NCBI RefSeq assembly: GCF_006345805.1
Contig: NW_021829386.1
Location: 1-6,506, forward strand
Direction: 5' to 3'
Length of the DNA: 6,506 bases
Source: Octopus sinensis
Lineage: Eukaryota
The notes under the pieces were generated by a model that was not told the origin of the DNA, did not search any database, and was given only the letters and a program-made list of their open reading frames with translations. Below, in pieces: positions 1 to 6,506 of this stretch; the first letter of the stretch is position 1; each line of letters opens with the position of its first letter. A program made the position numbers and the translations under genes.

Positions 1-63
1 TTAATCAACTAACCCCTCTCCCAAATTCCTGAGTTTGTGCCTATGTTACAAACCATCATTATT
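1..63 (+). mobile_element. 3' end of a SINE-like repeat, truncated by the window edge
   Basis: TAATCAACTAACCCCTCTCCCAAATTCCTGAGTTTGTGCCTATGTTACAAACC followed by an (ATT)n-like tail. It resembles, from memory, the 3' tail of abundant octopus tRNA-derived SINEs and loosely resembles 130-190 in this window. Confidence 0.5.
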
Positions 64-71
64 AGTATTTA

Positions 72-190
72 TAAAGGGAGATGGATTGGCACAAACGGTA
101 GTGCATTGGTCTAGTCAAGTACTAGGTTTGATTTATAGACTGTTCCTTTTTCCCATGTGGTCCTGTACTCGTGCTAGAAATAGTTATTAT
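72..190 (+). mobile_element. degenerate, probably internally deleted SINE-like copy
   Basis: The start has an A-box-like TGGCACAAACGGTAG. The end (AGTACTAGGTTTGATTTATAGACT...GTGCTAGAAATAGTTATTAT) parallels the tail at 1-63. Family assignment is from memory only. Confidence 0.35.
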
Positions 191-246
191 AAATGTTTAT
201 AAAAGTTTACAATATAAAATTTGACAACAATTAATAAATATTATAT

Positions 247-249
<3 letters not shown>

Positions 250-296
<47 letters not shown>
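250..296. repeat. (TA)n microsatellite
   Basis: Pure TA dinucleotide run. Confidence 0.98.
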
Positions 297-299
<3 letters not shown>

Positions 300-622
300 T
301 TATAAAAACAGATACATGTATATATTTGGAAAGCTTCGTAATGTAATATTTTGTATACTCGATAAAATAATTCTCATACTCTGGTTTCGATTCTCGAAGT
401 AAACCATTTCATTCAAGTCGTGAATATTGTAATACAACCTCCTAAGTTCATTTTCCACTTTGCAGTGTAAAACAAATATGTCGTTGTTCTGTTAGAAACC
501 CAATTGTCGTGTATATATTTTCATATGCCGACGAAAGGACATACAGAAATAAGTACAAAAAAATAATTTTTAATGTGTGAGATTGCGTGATGTTTGTGTT
601 GAAAGGGAAAAGAGAACTATAC

Positions 623-637
623 ATATATATATATATA
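623..637. repeat. short (TA)n microsatellite
   Basis: ATATATATATATATA. Confidence 0.85.
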
Positions 638-781
638 GGTTCATTGATATACGTTTGTATCTATTCAATATAGAGTTTGTTATAGGTTGGGAGTGTAAAG
701 TTCATTGATTCCTTTATATATAAGTTTTTCCATATTTTCGATTTTGTTAATTTTACATGTCTATATGTGTTTGCGCTAATA

Positions 782-793
782 TATGTATGCATG

Positions 794-822
<29 letters not shown>
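782..822. repeat. (TATG)n microsatellite, left part of an interrupted array
   Basis: About 10 TATG units ending at the 3' end of the LINE fragment. Confidence 0.95.
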
Positions 823-825
<3 letters not shown>

Positions 826-1111
826 CGAGCAGATTTGTATCTTTTATTTTATATATGTATTCTCATGCATACAGTTGCATATCTAGACATGCTCATATAT
901 ACTTAAATGATAAACTTCTAGAAAGTTTTACAGATTTTTACAGTTCTAGTGATGGATTGGATCAGCTTTCTCCTTTCTGGTTTTGAGAAGTCTAATCTCT
1001 CCAGATTGATATTTAGGCAGTGTGTTATATATCCCAGAACCCCAATAATTACAGGCATAAACCTGAACTTGTAACCTGGATAGGGTAACTGCAGATCTCT
1101 CAATAGCTCAT
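823..1111 (-). mobile_element. 5'-truncated non-LTR retrotransposon 3' end (RLE type, R4/Dong-like) inserted in (CATA)n
   Basis: About 290 bp of complex sequence with TATG arrays on both sides. The minus strand gives a protein C-terminus, then a short 3' UTR with AATAAA (843-848), then (CATA)n. Confidence 0.7.
903..1109 (-). pseudogene. C-terminal fragment of a LINE ORF (end of the restriction-like endonuclease domain)
   Basis: ELLRDLQLPYPGYKFRFMPVIIGVLGYITHCLNINLERLDFSKPERRKLIQSITRTVKICKTF*KFII*. PVIIGxLG followed by an IQ..xTVKI..F helix fits the C-terminus of R4/Dong/NeSL-type ORFs. There is no ATG start. TAG at 918-920 may be a premature stop before TAA at 903-905. Confidence 0.65.
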
Positions 1112-1112
1112 T

Positions 1113-1388
1113 TATGTATGTATGTATGTATGTATGTATGTATGTCTGTATGTATGTATGTGAGTATGTATGTATGTATGTATATGTATGTTGTATTTAT
1201 GTATTATGTATGTAGGTATGTATGTATGTATGTATATGTATATGTAGTATGTATGTATGTATGTATGTATGTATGTTGTATGTTGTATGTATGTATGTAT
1301 GTATGTATGTTGTAGTATGTATGTATGTATGTTGTATTATATGTATGTATGTATGTAATATGTATGTATTATTATGTATGTATGTATG

Positions 1389-1419
<31 letters not shown>

Positions 1420-1628
1420 TGTATGTATGTATGTATGTATGTATGTATGTATTATGTATGTATGTATGTATGTAGTATGTATGTATGTATGTATGTATGT
1501 ATGTATGTTGTATGTATGTATGTATGTATGTATGTATGTATGTATGTATGTATATGTATGTATGTATGTATTTATGTGTATGTTATGTATGTATATGTTG
1601 TATGTATGTATGTATGTATGTATGTATG

Positions 1629-1660
<32 letters not shown>

Positions 1661-2020
1661 TTATGTATGTATGTGTGTATGTATGTATGTATGTATGTAT
1701 GTATGTATGTATGTATGTATGTATGTATGTATGTATGTATGTATGTATGTATGTATGTATGTATGTATGTATGTATGTATGTATGTATGTATGTGTATGT
1801 ATGTATGTATGTATGTATGTATGTATATGTATGGATTATGATTGATGTATGTATGTATGTATTAGTATGTATGTATGTATGTATGTATGTATGTATGTAT
1901 GTATGTATGTATGTATGTATGTATGTATGTATGTATGTATGTATGTAGTATGTATGTATGTATGTATGTCTGTATGTATGTATGTATGTATGTATGTATT
2001 AGTATTATGTAGTGTATGTG
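1113..2020. repeat. long imperfect (TATG)n microsatellite, about 900 bp
   Basis: Continuous TATG units with scattered 1-2 nt indels. It is the source of all MYVC-repeat ORFs at 1118-2049. Confidence 0.98.
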
Positions 2021-2120
2021 TTCACAAACACCCCGAAATAAAAATTTGATTGTGATTTCGAAAATTCAGGTTGTTCATCATCACAATGCTTCAGTCTTCT
2101 TTCAATAAGGAGAAGAAAGT

Positions 2121-2240
2121 TGGCCTGCTCACCTACCAGCGGGGTGGCGTCATTCGAAGGCTACAATGCTGCAAAGCATTGTGACCAGCGATGTATAACA
2201 ACATCTAATATTCTAGTCGGTCATATGATCATGTGATATG
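2121..2240 (+). mobile_element. 3' portion of a structured SINE-like interspersed repeat
   Basis: GC-richer island with hairpins (CCTGCT/AGCGGG; ACAATGCT-GCAA-AGCATTGT; GATGT/ACATC), ending in TGATCATGTGATA before CA/TA repeats. It resembles a common octopus repeat from memory. Confidence 0.45.
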
Positions 2241-2325
2241 TACATTTTCACACACACACCTCATATACACACATACATATATGCATGCACGCGTAAACAT
2301 GCATACATATACTGTATGTATATGT

Positions 2326-2369
<44 letters not shown>

Positions 2370-2377
2370 TTCATATG

Positions 2378-2410
<33 letters not shown>
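2241..2410. repeat. compound (CA)n/(TA)n microsatellite
   Basis: Alternating CA and TA runs; purest TA at about 2328-2357 and 2383-2410. Confidence 0.92.
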
Positions 2411-2415
<5 letters not shown>

Positions 2416-2549
2416 TTTTCAGAATGGGAAAAAAACCAGGGTGCGAGGATTTTAGAACATTTATTAATAGACGGTCTTTACAGCTGTTTCCAGGATATTT
2501 ATTATATCCTTTCATCGAAGACGGTGTGAGAAGATAGTTAATTTAAATA
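2411..2549 (-). mobile_element. hammerhead-bearing repeat, copy 1 (Penelope-like terminal repeat or retrozyme-like)
   Basis: Direct repeat of 4762-4901 (shared GATTTTAGAACATTTATT..TTACAGCTGTTTCCAGGA..TTTATTATATCCTTTCAT..AGACGG.GTGAGAAGAT.GTTAA). Its minus-strand 3' end runs into (TA)n. It may extend further right. Confidence 0.7.
2474..2522 (-). ncRNA. type I hammerhead ribozyme motif (variant core)
   Basis: Minus strand: GUCU-UCGAUGA-A-AGGAUAU(AAUAA)AUAUCCU-G-GAAA-CAGCUG-UA/-A-AGAC. Stem I GUCU/AGAC, perfect 7-bp stem II, palindromic ACAGCUGU stem III. Predicted cleavage after GUA (2479/2478). Confidence 0.8.
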
Positions 2550-2793
2550 GGATATGAAACAGAGAGTGAAGTGGAGGAATGAAAATAGATGAGAGCTATG
2601 CAGGGATATTGCATTTGTAGATCCATTATTTAGGCAGAATGGTATACATATAAGATTCCAATAACTTGTGAGTAAATTCCAATAGTATTTAAAATTGGTC
2701 ATTCTAAGTATAGAGTTTATACACAGTGTTATTGAATCGAGGGTTTTATTTAAAGTGACATAAAAGTAAGGAATTTATTTGTAAGGTCAAATC

Positions 2794-2915
2794 GAAAACA
2801 GGAAGAGAGGAATAAAGAAATAAGAAAAAAAAAGAAAACAGGAAGAGAGGACTAAAGAAAAGAGAGAAAAAAGGAAAAAAGAAAACAAGGAGAGAGATAA
2901 TAAAGAGATGAAGAC
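2794..2915. repeat. purine-rich degenerate tandem repeat, 3 units of about 35-47 bp
   Basis: GAAAACAGGAAGAGAGGA(A/C)TAAAGAAA at 2794 and 2834, with a diverged third unit at 2881. Confidence 0.75.
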
Positions 2916-3053
2916 ATGGAAAGTGTACCAGTTAGTGGTCATTCAAGATAACTTGAAAGTAGGAATGGGGAGATGAGAGAAAGATATTAGGGTGTAAAAA
3001 GATGATAGAGTAAAGAGTAAAGGAGTATTAGGTAGAATGAATGGGGGATGATA

Positions 3054-3235
3054 GAGTATACTCTGTAAAGTGGTTGGTGTAATGAAGGGCATCGAGCCGT
3101 AGAGACCGAGCAAAACCAGACGCCTGGAGCCTGGTGCAACTCTGTGGCTTACCAGCTCCAGCCAAACCTTCCGATTCGTGCCAGCATGGAAAACCGACAA
3201 TGAGAAGGAGGAGGGGGAGGTGATGGAGGAAGATA
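3054..3235 (+). mobile_element. 5'-truncated SINE fragment (Ceph-SINE/RTE-tail-like)
   Basis: GC-richer block GAGTATACTCTGTAAAGTGGTTGG...GAAGGGCATC...GCCAGCATGGAAAA with a degenerate (GAN)n triplet tail. It resembles, from memory, an abundant octopus SINE 3' region. Confidence 0.6.
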
Positions 3236-3411
3236 TACACACGTATATATATACGTACATATAGACAAACATACACATATACACACATATAGACATACAC
3301 GTACACATACACGTACACACAGACGCGTGCACTCACGCACACACACATTCAACACACATACACACACCACACACAACACACCACACACACACACACACAC
3401 AACACACACAT

Positions 3412-3445
<34 letters not shown>

Positions 3446-3469
3446 AATATATATATATATATATACATA
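3236..3469. repeat. compound (CA)n then (TA)n microsatellite
   Basis: Imperfect CA repeats to 3410, then TA from 3411 to 3469. Confidence 0.95.
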
Positions 3470-3661
3470 TAGGGAGAGAATTCACAAAAAAAAACAAAAG
3501 ACGAAGACAGGTGGCGTAGACAACAAACAGATGTATTAGTATAACGCTCGGGAAGTGAAAAGTCTTTAACGTTTCGAGCCTACGCTCTTCCACAGAAAGG
3601 AACACAGAAAGAAACAAGGAGAGAAAATAAGAATGTGTAGTGGCTAGCAATCTATCATGGC

Positions 3662-3663
<2 letters not shown>
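3470..3663 (-). mobile_element. about 195 bp hammerhead-bearing element embedded in (TA)n
   Basis: Complex sequence sharply bounded by (TA)n on both sides and carrying a central hammerhead motif. It is a different family from the 2411/4762 repeats. Confidence 0.65.
3564..3599 (-). ncRNA. minimal type I hammerhead ribozyme motif (A6->U core variant)
   Basis: Minus strand: CUUU-CUGUGGA-A-GAGC(GUAG)GCUC-GAAA-CG-UU/-AAAG. Stem I CUUU/AAAG, 4-bp stem II, palindromic AACGUU stem III. Predicted cleavage at 3568/3567. Confidence 0.7.
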
Positions 3664-3719
<56 letters not shown>

Positions 3720-3726
3720 CCTTATA

Positions 3727-3767
<41 letters not shown>
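3664..3767. repeat. (TA)n microsatellite
   Basis: Two TA runs separated by a short GTATCCT interruption. Confidence 0.97.
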
Positions 3768-4069
3768 GTTGATCCTTGTGCTGATACAGTCATTCATATA
3801 GACGGGGAGATAAATTAATAAAACTAATGGGCAACTAAAAAGGCAACGACATGAGATAACAGGCTAGGGATAGAATAACAGAAGAAAAAATGAGAAGAGA
3901 CGTAGATTGTAAGAAAGGCAGAACAGTGTGTGGTAGAAAAGATGCATTGGTGTTAAGAAGGTTGAAGTTATGCAGTTTGTTACGCAATGAATGTCTTTAC
4001 AATTTACAATGTAGTTGACCCTGTTTAGCCTCTTTGACGTGGATTTTCACGTTTACTATAGTTTCGCAT

Positions 4070-4124
4070 TTTGCTTTCTTTCGCCCCTTCTACCTCCTTC
4101 CTTTTTCTCTATTCTTGTTTCTCT

Positions 4125-4162
<38 letters not shown>

Positions 4163-4405
4163 CCTCTCTCTCTCTCTTTCTCTCTTCCTCTCTCTCTATC
4201 AGCGGTCTCTCTGCCTTTCCCTCGTTTATTCTTGATCTTTTTATATCTTCCTCGTTCTTTTCTTTTGCTTTTCACTTTTCCTCTCCCTGTCTTTCTCTCA
4301 TTGTTTCCCTTTCTCCTCCTCTCTCACTTCCACTCTTACATTACTACCAACATTACACTGTCTATCTCCCTCTTACTCTCCCCCCCCTCTCTCTCTCTCT
4401 CTCCT
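4070..4405. repeat. polypyrimidine tract with (CT)n microsatellites
   Basis: (CT)n at about 4120-4197 and 4387-4403 within a C/T-rich stretch. Confidence 0.92.
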
Positions 4406-4454
4406 TTGTATGCCATTCTTATATCCTGATATCTACATACTCATTGCTCTAGTC

Positions 4455-4629
4455 CAGGGGTCCTCAAATTTTTAGACCATTGAGGCTTCATGGACTCCTA
4501 GACTCCACGTCGACCCCCAGGCATGTACAAGAAAATAAATAAATAATAATAATAATTAAATAGATGTGCATTTATCAAGCTCTTGAATAGTCCCATCGTA
4601 CCCCAGAGTCTCCACTTCGGAGATCCCAG
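4455..4629. mobile_element. old hAT (Charlie-like) MITE, about 175 bp
   Basis: Left TIR CAGGGGTCCTCAAA (4455-4468). Degenerate right TIR TTCGGAGATCCCAG (4616-4629; 9/14 match to the reverse complement). The flanking 8-mers CTCTAGTC and TTCTTGTC (6/8) fit an 8-bp TSD with a TCTAG core. Confidence 0.55.
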
Positions 4630-4761
4630 TTCTTGTCCACTCAGCTGACATAAATTGTATGTATGTCTCCATACCTGTATCATCCAATAAATATTTCCTT
4701 GTTTCCAAAGGCATTTAGGTCTACCTCTTTTATCATCACACACAGCTTGTTTATATATATA

Positions 4762-4901
4762 AATTTTTTTTTCGTAATGAGATAAAAAAAAAGGTTGTGT
4801 AGATTTTAGAACATTTATTGATAGAAAGTCTTACAGCTGTTTCCAGGACGTTTATTATATCCTTTCATTGGAGACGGCGTGAGAAGATGGTTAAGAAATA
4901 G
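4762..4901 (-). mobile_element. hammerhead-bearing repeat, copy 2
   Basis: Direct repeat of 2411-2549, preceded by a short (TA)n at 4752-4761. It may extend to the (TA)n at about 5028. Confidence 0.7.
4828..4875 (-). ncRNA. type I hammerhead ribozyme motif (G5->A, probably inactive)
   Basis: Minus strand: GUCU-CCAAUGA-A-AGGAUAU(AAUAA)ACGUCCU-G-GAAA-CAGCUG-UA/-AGAC. Predicted cleavage at 4832/4831. Confidence 0.78.
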
Positions 4902-5027
4902 CTACATTTATATACACACGCTGACATACGACCAAAGTTGAACCCCTTATTCGCATAATCACCGAACCTGGAACTTAACTATGGTCTATCTATAGCACTT
5001 ATTCAGCATTACATGACCCTCTCATAC

Positions 5028-5037
5028 CTATATATAT

Positions 5038-5103
<66 letters not shown>

Positions 5104-5130
5104 AATATGTATATATATAATATGTATAGT

Positions 5131-5172
<42 letters not shown>

Positions 5173-5347
5173 TACACATACGTACATACATACATACATA
5201 CATAAATACATACATGCATACGTACAACATACATACGTACATACATACGTATACGTACGATACGTACGTACATACATACATACATACAACATACATACAT
5301 ACATACATACATACATACATACATACGTACACACTTACATACATACA
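5028..5347. repeat. compound (TA)n then (CATA)n microsatellite
   Basis: TA runs from 5028 to 5163, then imperfect CATA units in the opposite orientation to 1113-2020. Confidence 0.95.
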
Positions 5348-5689
5348 GTACACAGACTACACGCATGAAAATTGTTCATAATTTACACACACGGTTTATA
5401 TATCTATATACCCTACACAATCGACGTATATACATACTGTGCGTGTGTCTTGTATTGTCTTGATAAAAGTACGCCAACGAGCATATATCACCTATGAGAA
5501 TTACATTTAAATATTTCTAAACGCATATGCCTGCACACTTATGAACATATAAATACACATATACAACCATACACATACATGGAAAGACACATATAGAATC
5601 ATATACGCATATTTTTACTTAGACGAAGGTTATCATCATCAGCTTAGTGTTGTTTTCTATCGTTCACAAGCCTCTTTAAATAAATATGC

Positions 5690-5848
5690 AGATATATATG
5701 CATATATAACTACACACACACATGCATACACATGCACATACACATATATACATACGTGCATCTGTAAATATATAAATACACATACACACTCACACACACG
5801 CACACACACATATATATGTATGTATGTGTATACCTATATATATGTAAG

Positions 5849-5917
<69 letters not shown>

Positions 5918-5950
5918 TATTATATATATACATACACGTCATATATACAA
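5690..5950. repeat. compound (CA)n/(TA)n microsatellite
   Basis: Mixed CA/CATA repeats; pure TA at about 5855-5914. Confidence 0.92.
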
Positions 5951-5960
5951 CACACAGATA

Positions 5961-6038
5961 CATACAGAACTCTATACAAATCCACGCACACACATACTCG
6001 CACGCACATGCATACAAAATTCTATATAAATCCACGCA
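5961..6038. repeat. short tandem duplication with 50-bp spacing
   Basis: CATACAGAACTCTATACAAATCCACGCA (5961-5988) versus CATACAAAATTCTATATAAATCCACGCA (6011-6038), 25/28 identical. Confidence 0.75.
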
Positions 6039-6065
6039 AATACGCACAAATATTCATGTAAAGAT

Positions 6066-6108
6066 GCACACACAAAAATCACGCACACAGACACACACAT
6101 AGACACAC

Positions 6109-6149
<41 letters not shown>

Positions 6150-6165
6150 AAAAACACACACACAT
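6066..6165. repeat. (CA)n microsatellite
   Basis: Imperfect CA repeats, purest at 6110-6147. Confidence 0.93.
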
Positions 6166-6506
6166 TGACAGTTATATTACATTCACACAACCAGCCTCCA
6201 TCACAAAACAGTAACGACGCAAAAAAAAGATGGCGGTGACGGAGAGAGGAAGTTGGTGAAGCAGTAACTGCCCGCAGAAAACCCTAATCGCATTTTTCTT
6301 GAACAATTTAAGAACTAATTCAAACAGGAAATTAAAATGTGGCGAAAGAAAAGGCCGGGCATGGCAAGAAGGTTAGAGAGGATGTATGGAGAATAAAACT
6401 GAAAAACATGGAGGCCACCGGGTGATGAAAGACGAAAATGAAAGAGAGAAAAAGAGTAATAGATGAGAGTGTAGAAGTAATAAAAGGATGGAAAACAGAG
6501 AGGAAG

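Noticed and set aside
528-556. CCGACGA...GAAA on the plus strand resembling a hammerhead core
   Set aside because: No convincing stem I or stem II can be formed.
1118-2049. Overlapping MYVC-repeat ORFs up to 207 aa
   Set aside because: They are translations of a stop-free (TATG)n microsatellite in several frames.
2233-3797. ORFs rich in YI, HT and VC repeats
   Set aside because: They read through (TA)n and (CA)n tracts and repeat fragments, with no recognisable protein domain.
4015-4452. SL-rich and RE-rich ORFs
   Set aside because: They are translations of the (CT)n polypyrimidine tract.
4498-4743. 81 aa minus-strand ORF
   Set aside because: It has a non-ATG start, overlaps the MITE and an (AAT)n run, and has no recognisable motif.
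5625-5645. CUGAUGA on the minus strand
   Set aside because: It is part of a (TGA)n run with no downstream stem II and GAAA.
4999-6190. ORFs with YI, MYVC and VC repeats
   Set aside because: They are microsatellite translations.
6420-6440. GTGATGAAAGACGAAA hammerhead-like words
   Set aside because: There is no stem II between the boxes, and the background is purine-rich.
6190-6506. Complex sequence at the window end with ATGGCGG as a possible start or exon
   Set aside because: The frame closes after about 12 codons (TAA at about 6266), the rest is purine-rich and low in complexity, and nothing supports a gene call.
1-6506. CRISPR array or prokaryotic operon
   Set aside because: There is no regular repeat-spacer structure and no gene-dense organisation; the sequence has a eukaryotic repeat landscape.

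Overview
Eukaryotic, AT-rich non-coding DNA (intronic or intergenic), saturated with microsatellites ((TA)n, (TATG)n/(CATA)n, (CA)n, (CT)n). The repeat landscape resembles octopus/cephalopod genomes; this is recalled similarity, not a search result. There is no intact host gene, and nearly all listed ORFs are translations of simple repeats. Between the microsatellites are short transposon relics: a 5'-truncated RLE-type (R4/Dong-like) LINE end inserted in a (CATA)n array, several SINE-like fragments and a hAT-like MITE. The most notable signal is a set of co-oriented minus-strand minimal type I hammerhead ribozyme motifs with palindromic stem III (2474-2522, 3564-3599, 4828-4875, possibly a decayed one at 373-417). 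The first three sit in short non-coding elements that abut (TA)n tracts, consistent with Penelope-like or retrozyme-type elements that have non-canonical catalytic cores.
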